Below are positions 44,956-52,897 of a DNA stretch of 64,000 nt, piece after piece. Under the pieces are notes generated by a model. The model saw nothing but the letters and a program-made list of their open reading frames with translations, did no database searches and was not told where the DNA came from. A program made the translations under genes and the position numbers. The stretch is from Clostridia bacterium (GTDB lineage: Bacteria > Bacillota > Clostridia > Oscillospirales > CAG-272): assembly GCA_017468385.1 (NCBI GenBank), contig JAFUIQ010000001.1, positions 7,335 to 71,334 on the forward strand. The letters are read 5' to 3'. Each line of letters begins with the position of its first letter. Within the stretch, counting starts at the first letter, position 1.

Positions 44956-46944
44956 TTATGGAATAAAATCGGGTACCAGACCGCGGACAAATGCGCCGGT
45001 GGAGGCAGCCGGTTGGCCATCCGCAAAGTAAACATACACGCCGTAGTAGGAATCCAACAGGGTAAACACGGTGCTTCCCTGCGCAAAGTAGGTAGACTCG
45101 CAAATCGCACGGATGCTGTCCGCATCCTCATATTTTGTGATCTCGCCGGTTTCGTTATTCATCACGTAGATATAGGAAATGGTGTTGACCAAAGCACGCC
45201 ACTCATTGTCCGTGATATCGTATACGGGATACACATAGGTGGGATACCACTGATCATCCTGTGCGCCGCGGCAGCTCAGGGACAAGAACGTCCCCCGCTG
45301 GAAGTAATCCATTCCGTTATATCCGGCCCGCATGGCGCGGAGCCGCTCCGGATAGCCCTTTTCGTTCCAGACATCCATTTGATCGTTCCGTATGTGATTC
45401 ACGCTGGTGATACGCACATTAACATCCGAGGGCACAAGGTCGAAATAAGCATCCGCAAATTCTTCAGCATCCGCAAGAGCGGTGAGCAGTTTTGCGCCCT
45501 CCTCTCCTGTATACGCCGGATAGATGGTTATGGACTTTTCATAGATAAAGCCAAGCCGTGTGACAAACCGGATATTCATGTAGCAGAATGAATTGCTGAC
45601 ACTCTTGTAGGAATAGACCATCTCGTCCGTTTCATGCGTTACCGACTCTATGCGCTCTTTTTCGATGATCTCGATGGCGCTGACACTGCGGTAACTTTCC
45701 CTTGTAGGATTGGCCTTGATGTATTCCCGCACCGCGTCGCTCAGGTTCTCGATATCTTCCCGGTCTTCCATGCGGAACGTGGTATCGCCGGTCGTTACGG
45801 TGATGTACTTGATACCGGCGGCATGGGGAACGTACCCGTCCATGCCCACCAGATCCACTCCGAACAGCACAAAGACTGCCAGAAACACTCCGCAGAATGC
45901 GCCGAATCCGGGAAGGCCTCGGAACATCTGCTTGGCCGATTTGGTCAGGATGGTGTTGATGAGCATCATGCACAGAAGTGCCCCGATCAGAGCACCGCAA
46001 ATGAACCAGCCGTCGCCGCCGGCGATGGCCTCAAAGAAGATACCGCCGACCACCGCGCCGCAGAACATGCAGGCATATTTAATCACCGCCGAAGCGACTT
46101 TGGAAATCACGGGAGTACCGCTCAATTCACTCTTGCGGAAACGGTAGATCAGCAGACCCAGCACCCAGAACGCCAATCCCACAACGAGCGCAAGGATCAA
46201 TTCCCCAAGCACGTTTTCACTTTCCTCTACAGCCACCATCAGCGTACGCGCGGGCAAAAAGATTTTTAACGCCAATTCCGTCGCCCATGTATGGACGGAA
46301 TACACCGCATTGTAGCTCCAGATATACGTCAGACACAATACGATCGCCGACGGAAGAAAGACGACCAATCCCGCGTTCATGATGCGGGCGAAGGCGGTGC
46401 CGGTAAAGGAGGCGGCGAACACCATAATACAGAAGTACAGAAGGAAATATATAACGGAACAGATCAGTCCGCTCAGTTGGATACCAATCACGGACAGATT
46501 CCATTCCCGGTGAACGCCCATGATGATCACAGACAGTCCCACCGACAAACACATGGGAATCAGATAGCAAAGGAATTTTGCCAGGGATTCGCTTATGTAC
46601 AAAGAGATGCGGGTTTTGGGGATACTGTGATAAAACTGGATATTGGTTTTGGAGTTGAGATAACTCATACAGCCGCATCCCCACACCACAGCCAGACAGG
46701 AGGACACCAGAATGTTGATGGCACGCATGACGCGGGCGAACTCCTGCATGGAGCGGATCATGCTCTCGCGGGTGGAAAACATGGCTTCCGTTTCGGTGAT
46801 ATCCATGTACAATGTAATGACATTCAAAAGCACCAATATCACCGCATTGGTAATCAGCACGGGCCAATTCTGCTTCAACAAAAACGCAAAATAACTGCGT
46901 GATGACGCGTTTCTTCTTTTAGGCGAGGATGTCGTGGAAGTCAT
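44956..46944 (-). CDS. ABC-2-type multi-TM permease-like protein with a roughly 260 aa C-terminal soluble domain
   Basis: MTSTTSSPKRRNASSRSYFAFLLKQNWPVLITNAVILVLL.. followed by many TM helices to about residue 400, then a hydrophilic domain (..YITVTTGDTTFRMEDREDIENL..). It overlaps the upstream ATPase gene by 26 nt, with GGAGGAG 7 nt before the ATG at 46944. Confidence 0.65.
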   Translation of the reverse strand: MTSTTSSPKRRNASSRSYFAFLLKQNWPVLITNAVILVLLNVITLYMDITETEAMFSTRESMIRSMQEFARVMRAINILVSSCLAVVWGCGCMSYLNSKTNIQFYHSIPKTRISLYISESLAKFLCYLIPMCLSVGLSVIIMGVHREWNLSVIGIQLSGLICSVIYFLLYFCIMVFAASFTGTAFARIMNAGLVVFLPSAIVLCLTYIWSYNAVYSVHTWATELALKIFLPARTLMVAVEESENVLGELILALVVGLAFWVLGLLIYRFRKSELSGTPVISKVASAVIKYACMFCGAVVGGIFFEAIAGGDGWFICGALIGALLCMMLINTILTKSAKQMFRGLPGFGAFCGVFLAVFVLFGVDLVGMDGYVPHAAGIKYITVTTGDTTFRMEDREDIENLSDAVREYIKANPTRESYRSVSAIEIIEKERIESVTHETDEMVYSYKSVSNSFCYMNIRFVTRLGFIYEKSITIYPAYTGEEGAKLLTALADAEEFADAYFDLVPSDVNVRITSVNHIRNDQMDVWNEKGYPERLRAMRAGYNGMDYFQRGTFLSLSCRGAQDDQWYPTYVYPVYDITDNEWRALVNTISYIYVMNNETGEITKYEDADSIRAICESTYFAQGSTVFTLLDSYYGVYVYFADGQPAASTGAFVRGLVPDFIP

Positions 46945-47818
46945 ACCCATTCTCCTCCATTTCCGATATAAATATCTCCTCCAAGGTGAGAGGAATACAC
47001 TCGCAGAACTGCGGATGCATCTTTTGCAGTTCATTCTCCAATTCGTCGCGGGTACCGCGGGCAACGATGGTGTACATACTGCCCCGGCGTTCCAGATTGA
47101 GCAGCGGCAATGTGCGCAGTTTTTCCTCCGCACACTCGTCGGTGAACACCGCCTGAATCTTCTGGATATTCAGTTTCATATCGTCCAGCTCCCTCTGGAA
47201 CAGAAGCGTTCCTTTATGAAGCAAAGCGATATGGTCGCACACATCCTCCAACTCCCTGAGGTTGTGGGATGCGATCACCACGGTAGTTCCCCGCTCGGCA
47301 ATATCATCCATGAGGATCCGCTTTACCAGATGGCGCATAACCGGATCCAGCCCGTCAAAGGTTTCATCGCAGAACAGATACTTGGGACAAACCGACAATC
47401 CGAGCAGCACAGAGGTCTGCTTCTGCATGCCTTTGGAAAAGGTGTTGATCTTCCGATGCTCCGGCAGGCCCAGCACCTTCAGAAGCTGCTCAAATTTCGT
47501 ATCGCTGAAGGTGGGATACAGACTGCGGTACAGATCCCGCATTTCCCCGATGGAGGAATGGGGGAGAAAAAAGGGCTCATCCGACAAATACACCAGTTTG
47601 GCTTTCTGCTCCGTGTTCTCCCAGATGTTGAATCCGTCGTATAAAACATATCCCTTATCCAAAGCGAAAATTCCGCTCATTGCGCGCAGCAGCGTGGACT
47701 TGCCCGATCCGTTGGACCCGATCAAACCGAAGATCGATCCGTCCGGAATGCGCATAGTCACCGCGTCCAGACTGCACACATCCGAAAAATATTTGGTAGC
47801 CGATTCTATTTTAATCAT
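46919..47818 (-). CDS. ABC transporter ATP-binding protein (ABC-2/YtrB type)
   Basis: GSNGSGKSTLL (Walker A), FSKGMQKQTSVLL (signature-like), YLFCDETFDGLD (Walker B), ASHN (H-loop). The ATG lies 1 nt after the GntR stop. Confidence 0.9.
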   Translation of the reverse strand: MIKIESATKYFSDVCSLDAVTMRIPDGSIFGLIGSNGSGKSTLLRAMSGIFALDKGYVLYDGFNIWENTEQKAKLVYLSDEPFFLPHSSIGEMRDLYRSLYPTFSDTKFEQLLKVLGLPEHRKINTFSKGMQKQTSVLLGLSVCPKYLFCDETFDGLDPVMRHLVKRILMDDIAERGTTVVIASHNLRELEDVCDHIALLHKGTLLFQRELDDMKLNIQKIQAVFTDECAEEKLRTLPLLNLERRGSMYTIVARGTRDELENELQKMHPQFCECIPLTLEEIFISEMEENGYDFHDILA

Positions 47819-47819
47819 T

Positions 47820-48221
47820 CTACTCTGTCTCCTTTCCGGTATCCGGTTCTGCCGCCTGCCAGATGGCTGCGGCACACTCCAAAAATTCCTCCCGCGTCAT
47901 GTGCAAGGTCCGCGCCTTGGAGGCAAGGATCGTCATCTCCGCCCGCAGGGATTCCTTCCCCGCTGAGGCGATCTCACTGCCATCCAGGATCACGATACTG
48001 CCCCGGCCGGACAAAGAAGCGATAATTCCCTGCCGCTCCAATTCCGCATAGGCTTTCTGGATGGTATTGGGATTGATGCCCAACTCCTTGGCCAACGTAC
48101 GCACGGAGGGCAGGAAGTCATTCTTCTTAAGATCTCCCCGCAGAACCAACATTTTCACATTGTCGATCAACTGCTCATAAATCAGTTTCCGATCGCGGTA
48201 ATCAATTGTGATTAAACCCAC
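47820..48221 (-). CDS. GntR-family transcriptional regulator (short YtrA subfamily)
   Basis: ..IYEQLIDNVKMLVLRGDLKKNDFLPSVRTLAKELGINPNTIQKAYAELERQGIIASLSGRGSIV. At 133 aa it is YtrA-like and heads an ABC operon. GTG start. Confidence 0.88.
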   Translation of the reverse strand: MGLITIDYRDRKLIYEQLIDNVKMLVLRGDLKKNDFLPSVRTLAKELGINPNTIQKAYAELERQGIIASLSGRGSIVILDGSEIASAGKESLRAEMTILASKARTLHMTREEFLECAAAIWQAAEPDTGKETE

Positions 48222-48389
48222 TTTCTCACCGTCCCAACTGTATTATCTGTAGTAGTACAGTTAGATTATAGCATCCTGCCAACCGCCTGTCAAGCCGTTT
48301 TACGGATAATTCACAAATATTTTCCGTCAATGCCTTGTAAATTGTTTTTGGTTTCGGTATAATATAGAAAATATCTTTGGAGGTATACT

Positions 48390-48710
48390 ATGAATTCCAT
48401 TCTTCTTGAAGCGACTACTACGCCCAGTTCTATGGCAGGTCTGTCCACCATTCTGATGGTTGTTATTACCCTTGCTGTCATGTATTTCTTCTTAATCAGA
48501 CCGCAGAAAAAGCAGGAAAAAGAAACCGCCAACATGCTGGACAATCTGGCAGTCGGCGATGAGATCACCACCATCGGCGGTGTGATCGGCGAGATCGTAT
48601 CCATCACCGGTGAGACCGTTGTTGTGGCTACCAGCCGCGATCAGACGAAGATCCGCTTCCGCAAAACCGCCATCAAGAGCGTTGACGTTCACGCCAACGA
48701 AAAACCCTGA
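48390..48710 (+). CDS. yajC: Preprotein translocase subunit YajC
   Basis: ..ILMVVITLAVMYFFLIRPQKKQEKETANMLDNLAVGDEITTIGGVIGEIVSI... GGAGG SD. Confidence 0.88.
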   Translation: MNSILLEATTTPSSMAGLSTILMVVITLAVMYFFLIRPQKKQEKETANMLDNLAVGDEITTIGGVIGEIVSITGETVVVATSRDQTKIRFRKTAIKSVDVHANEKP

Positions 48711-48783
48711 TCTGTCATACCATCCCCATCCTTCGAATATGTTTGTACCACAGATTTGTGTCAAACTGTTCGGAGGATTTCGT

Positions 48784-49224
48784 ATGACTAAACATTCCAT
48801 CAAAAGCGGGCCTGCGGGAGCCTTGCGCCCCTGCGCCCTTTCTCTGCCCATATCCTTGGCGGCGGCCATGATTCTGCTGCTCCTGTCGGCCGCCATCGCC
48901 TATGCACAGCCGGATCCGGCCACACTGGCCCGGCCGCTGTCTGTAGTGTGCTTGTATCTATCGGCCCTTTTGTGCGGTATTCTTTCCGCCAAACGATCCG
49001 ATACGCCCATTCTGTCGGGCGTAATCGGCGGCGGGGGGATGGTTCTCGTCCTCCTGCTGCTGTCTTTGCTCCCCTATAGCGCATCTCCATCCGCCCTCTC
49101 CCCTCTCACCGCGATTCTCATGCATGTCGGCGTCATCGCTGTTTCTGCCGGCGGCGCATTTATCGCCATGAAGAAGCCGAAACGGCACGCCATGAAACGG
49201 GGGATAAAACGGCGCAAACATTGA
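48784..49224 (+). CDS. Small 4-TM membrane protein (TIGR04086-like)
   Basis: MTKHSIKSGPAGALRPCALSLPISLAAAMILLLLSAAIAY..VVCLYLSALLCGILSAK..ILSGVIGGGGMVLVLLLLSLL..ILMHVGVIAVSAGGAFIAMKKP. GGAGG SD. The position after yajC fits that family as I recall it. Confidence 0.5.
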   Translation: MTKHSIKSGPAGALRPCALSLPISLAAAMILLLLSAAIAYAQPDPATLARPLSVVCLYLSALLCGILSAKRSDTPILSGVIGGGGMVLVLLLLSLLPYSASPSALSPLTAILMHVGVIAVSAGGAFIAMKKPKRHAMKRGIKRRKH

Positions 49225-49239
49225 TCAGGAATATAAATT

Positions 49240-49893
49240 ATGATACACATATTCAAACTGAACGGGCATAGAATTGCCTATGACTGCACCCGACGGGTGA
49301 GTTATTCCCTGTCCGCTTTGGCGATAAAGATCGCGGAGGCGGTCCATCCCCCCCTGAGCGAGGAATGTCCGTCGTCGCTCCGCTACGCTTTTGCGAAATA
49401 CGACAGCCACGATCTGAGCGAGGCTTATCAAGAGGTATATGCTTTGGCGAAGCGGGGATTGTTTGACACCACAGCGGGGGATGCCCCCGCTGCAGCCGGA
49501 AATCCGTCAGCAGCAGATGATGCATGTTACGTTACAGTCCCCCCGTCCCTTCCACTCGGTGAAGCGGTTCTGGAGCTGGCGGAGCGCGGCGTCCGCTATA
49601 TCCATGCGGATATTCCCCCTGCCACCGATCCGAAGGAACTGATCCGCTTGGCCAAGGATCTGGAAAAAATGCGGGACGGCGGAAACGAGATCCACTTTGC
49701 TCCCTTTGTGTCTGCCATGGAGGTGGATGACCGCGCGGAAATCCCGGATGCGTGCCGCCACTGCTGGGCGCAGGAAATCTGCCGCGGACGCGCGCTGTGC
49801 GATGGTGAGAATCCGATGGCGCGCTGCGATCTGGTAAGGACATGTATCGAGTGCGGCATTGTACTATATTGCGAACCGAAAAAAATCGTCTGA
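49240..49893 (+). CDS. SCIFF-maturase-like protein lacking the radical-SAM core (RRE-like N-terminus plus C-terminal Cys cluster)
   Basis: MIHIFKLNGHRIAYDCTRRVSYSLSALAIKI..EAYQEVYALAKRGLFDT resembles the N-terminus of SCIFF maturases (TIGR03974, from memory). The C-terminal CRHCWAQEICRGRALCDGENPMARCDLVRTCIECGIVLYC resembles the end of a SPASM domain. There is no CxxxCxxC anywhere in the 217 aa. Confidence 0.55.
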   Translation: MIHIFKLNGHRIAYDCTRRVSYSLSALAIKIAEAVHPPLSEECPSSLRYAFAKYDSHDLSEAYQEVYALAKRGLFDTTAGDAPAAAGNPSAADDACYVTVPPSLPLGEAVLELAERGVRYIHADIPPATDPKELIRLAKDLEKMRDGGNEIHFAPFVSAMEVDDRAEIPDACRHCWAQEICRGRALCDGENPMARCDLVRTCIECGIVLYCEPKKIV

Positions 49894-49912
49894 TACAATC
49901 AGACGATTTTTT
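49879..49912. terminator. Bidirectional terminator between the convergent scfB-like and GTPase-NYN genes
   Basis: AAAAAAATCGTCTGAT-aca-ATCAGACGATTTTTT. Confidence 0.65.
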
Positions 49913-49913
49913 G

Positions 49914-52481
49914 TTATTTCAGGCTGTCACCGATGGTGCCGAAGGGCTGCTCCTGCAGATCGTTGAGGATGGCCGTGATCTTCTCATTCACGTCGTTCAC
50001 CTCCCGGGCGAATTCAGCGGCGGACATACGGAGCACGCCAAAGCGGACAGCGGACAACTGAATCAGTCCGTCAGAGGTAACCACGCGAACGTTTTCGTTT
50101 TTGCCGATCTGGGCGATGAGTTTTTCGATATACACGTCCCCCAGCTCCCGCTCCTTGGTGTAGACCACATGAATGTTCTGATAATCGAACCGCTTGCCGG
50201 GATTTCCGGCCACCTTGTACGCGTCGAACACCAGCACTACATTGTACTTGGTGAAGGCGCAATAGTTTGACAGAATCCGCATCAGCTCGCCCCGGGCCTT
50301 TTCCAGATCTGTTTCGGCGATGGCATGCAGATCCTCCCAGGCGAAAATCACATTATATCCGTCCACGATCAGCCATTGCTTTTTGGGCGGACTGGACTCT
50401 TCCTCCCGTCCCCGCTCGTTTCCGTAGATCACGGGCGGTTTGTAGGACGGCCGCTTGATGGGGCCGAACTCCCGCATCATAATGGCTTCCAGCTCCTTCT
50501 CATCCAGGTGCAGATTGCGATGGATGAGCCGAGGCGGAATCTCCGTCTCTTCCGCTTTCAGACAACTTTCCAGATGCATATATTCCGTTACCTGATCCCA
50601 TTTGACGGTGAATCCGCCGCCGTGGGCACAGAAAACGGAATCCGGTGTGTTTTCCACATCGCACAGCGGATCGTAGGCGTAGCGGGCAATCACTTCGTCT
50701 GCGTTGTGGCAGACGTCATAGCCGTCCGTTTCGTAACTCAATCGTCCCCGTCCTTTGGTATAGGATGCCACGACGGCGGCGTAATCGTTCATGGCGGTGA
50801 CGGGTGCCCGTCCGCGCAAAAGAACCATATCGCCGGCTTCCTCCATGGGCTCAATGGTGCCGAACCGGCTTCGTATATCGTGGATGGCATGGCCGATCTG
50901 CTCCCGAGGCAATTCCAGACGGAAGCGGTAGTATGGCTCCAGCAAAACGGATTTCGCCTGCATCAGTCCGTGGCGCACGGCCCGATAGGTCGCCTGGCGG
51001 AAGTCACCGCCCTCCGTATGCTTGATGTGAGCGCGGCCCGCCGCCAACGTAATCCGCATATCCGTCACGGGGGATCCGGTGAGCGTGCCGATGTGCTGTT
51101 TCTCCGCCAGGTGCGTCAGCACCAGCCTCTGCCAATTGCGCTCCAGGGCATTCTCACTGCACAGAGAGCGGAACACCAGCCCGCTTCCCCGAGGCAGCGG
51201 CTCCATTACCAGATGGACCTCTGCATAGTGGCGCAGTGGCTCGTAATGCCCCACGCCTTCCACGGCAGCATCGATGGTCTCTTTATACAGCACTTCACCC
51301 GAATCGATCTCCACCGATACATCGAATCGGTCCATAATAAGACTTTTCAGAATCTCCGCCTGCACTTCTCCCATCAGTTCCACATGGATCTGCTGGAGGT
51401 AGGTATTCCACGTGATGCGGAGCTGGGGATCCTCCTCCTCGAGCTGCCGCAGTTTGGGGAGCATAGTTTGGGGATCACATTCCTCCGGCAGGACAATGCG
51501 GTATTTCATGATCGGCTCCAGCACCGGCGAGGCGGATGCGGCCTCCGTGCCGATTCCCTGCCCGTTGCGGGTGGATTCCAGCCCCACCACACAGCACACA
51601 TCCCCCGCTGTGATCTCATCGCTGGTGGTATATTTTGCGCCGGAGTAGATTCGTATCTGGGTAATCTTGGCGGCGTCTTTGCCGTCCGCCAGGCTGTCCC
51701 GCACCCGCAAAGTGCCGCCGGTCACCTTCAGATGGGTCAGGCGGGTACCCGATTCATCGTAGGTGATTTTGAACACCTTGGCGCCGAAAGCATCCGCATA
51801 TTTCTTTTGAGCGGTATACCGCTCCATACCGGCGAGGAATTCCTCCACGCCCTCCAGCCTCAAGCCCGATCCGAAATAACAGGGGAAAATTTCCCGCTCG
51901 CAGATCAGATCCGAAATATCCGCGTCGTCCACCTGCCCGGTAAGCAGATAGTTCTCCAGTATATCCTCGCGGCACATGGCGATGCGCTCATTCCGCTTTT
52001 CCGCCCCGTCGGGGCAGAAGTCCACGCAGCCGTCATCCAGCTCCTTTTGGAGCTCCGCCATCAATTCGTCCTTGGTACGGCGAGCGAAATCCATCTTGGT
52101 GACAAACAGAAACACGGGGATGTGATACAGCCGCAAGAGCCGCCACAGGGTGCGGGTGTGGGACTGGACGCCGTCGATGCCGCTGATGACCAGTATGGCG
52201 TAATCCAGCACCTGCAGAATCCGCTCCGTCTCAGCGGAGAAATCAATATGGCCGGGGGTATCCAGCAAGGTAACGGACAAATCCCCATAGGTGAACACGG
52301 CCTGGCTGGCAAAGATGGTGATGCCCCGCTCCCGCTCCAGATCGTGGGTATCCAGCATGGTATTCCGGTGGTCTACCCGTCCCAGCTTCCGCGTCTTTCC
52401 CGTGGTATACAATATGGATTCCGCCAATGTGGTTTTTCCCGCATCCACATGGGCCAATATGCCAACGACTGCTTTCTTCAT
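49914..52481 (-). CDS. Translational GTPase (EF-G/Tet(M)-like) fused to a C-terminal YacP/Rae1-type NYN domain
   Basis: MKKAVVGILAHVDAGKTTLAE (G1), RGITI (G2), DTPGH (G3), TKMD (G4), then EF-G-like domains to about residue 640. The last 165 aa read ..QWLIVDGYNVIFAWEDL..VVLVFDAYKVAG..VVYTKERELGDVYIEKL..VVTSDGLIQ..SAAEFAREV, which is YacP-like. GAGGA 5 nt before the ATG at 52481. Confidence 0.85.
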   Translation of the reverse strand: MKKAVVGILAHVDAGKTTLAESILYTTGKTRKLGRVDHRNTMLDTHDLERERGITIFASQAVFTYGDLSVTLLDTPGHIDFSAETERILQVLDYAILVISGIDGVQSHTRTLWRLLRLYHIPVFLFVTKMDFARRTKDELMAELQKELDDGCVDFCPDGAEKRNERIAMCREDILENYLLTGQVDDADISDLICEREIFPCYFGSGLRLEGVEEFLAGMERYTAQKKYADAFGAKVFKITYDESGTRLTHLKVTGGTLRVRDSLADGKDAAKITQIRIYSGAKYTTSDEITAGDVCCVVGLESTRNGQGIGTEAASASPVLEPIMKYRIVLPEECDPQTMLPKLRQLEEEDPQLRITWNTYLQQIHVELMGEVQAEILKSLIMDRFDVSVEIDSGEVLYKETIDAAVEGVGHYEPLRHYAEVHLVMEPLPRGSGLVFRSLCSENALERNWQRLVLTHLAEKQHIGTLTGSPVTDMRITLAAGRAHIKHTEGGDFRQATYRAVRHGLMQAKSVLLEPYYRFRLELPREQIGHAIHDIRSRFGTIEPMEEAGDMVLLRGRAPVTAMNDYAAVVASYTKGRGRLSYETDGYDVCHNADEVIARYAYDPLCDVENTPDSVFCAHGGGFTVKWDQVTEYMHLESCLKAEETEIPPRLIHRNLHLDEKELEAIMMREFGPIKRPSYKPPVIYGNERGREEESSPPKKQWLIVDGYNVIFAWEDLHAIAETDLEKARGELMRILSNYCAFTKYNVVLVFDAYKVAGNPGKRFDYQNIHVVYTKERELGDVYIEKLIAQIGKNENVRVVTSDGLIQLSAVRFGVLRMSAAEFAREVNDVNEKITAILNDLQEQPFGTIGDSLK

Positions 52482-52687
52482 CGATTCCTCATCCCGCCGC
52501 TGTGGGCGTGCCTTTTCGCTCATAATCACTACTATTATAGCAAAACTCATCCCGTTTGTAAATACGGTCCGGTTTTCTAAAACCTCGTTTGAAGCATTTA
52601 CTTTTCCATAATTATATGGTATAATGTATTTTGTATACGAATGTTCATTTTTACAGATCAAATCGGAGCGGAGGAAGTACACACCGT

Positions 52688-52897
52688 ATGATTTCAATCC
52701 CGAAGATTGCTGTGGGGGATTTGCTGGAAATGAAGAAGCCCCACCCCTGCGGAAACAAGACATTCCAGGTGCTTCGCATCGGATCGGATGTGCGGATTCA
52801 GTGCGCCGGATGCGGCCGCGATCTGACGCTGGAACGTATAAAACTGGAAAAATCCATCAAAAAAATCATCTCCTCGGAGGAAAGCCATGCAGAATGA
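52688..52897 (+). CDS. DUF951-family small protein
   Basis: MISIPKIAVGDLLEMKKPHPCGNKTFQVLRIGSDVRIQCAGCGRDLTLERIKLEKSIKKI has the Cys4 pattern and size typical of DUF951. GGAGGAAG SD. Confidence 0.7.
   Translation: MISIPKIAVGDLLEMKKPHPCGNKTFQVLRIGSDVRIQCAGCGRDLTLERIKLEKSIKKIISSEESHAE

Noticed and set aside
48711-49239. Search for a SCIFF six-Cys precursor gene next to the maturase-like ORF.
   Set aside because: The gaps at 48711-48783 and 49225-49239 contain no SD-led Cys-rich small ORF. The rest of the interval is the membrane-protein gene.
49914-52481. Calling the GTPase a tetracycline ribosomal-protection gene (tet(M)/tet(O)-like).
   Set aside because: The similarity is at family level only, as judged by eye. 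The protein is about 215 aa longer than Tet(M) and carries a NYN nuclease domain. No mobile-element context is present. An AMR call would need a database identity check that I cannot run.
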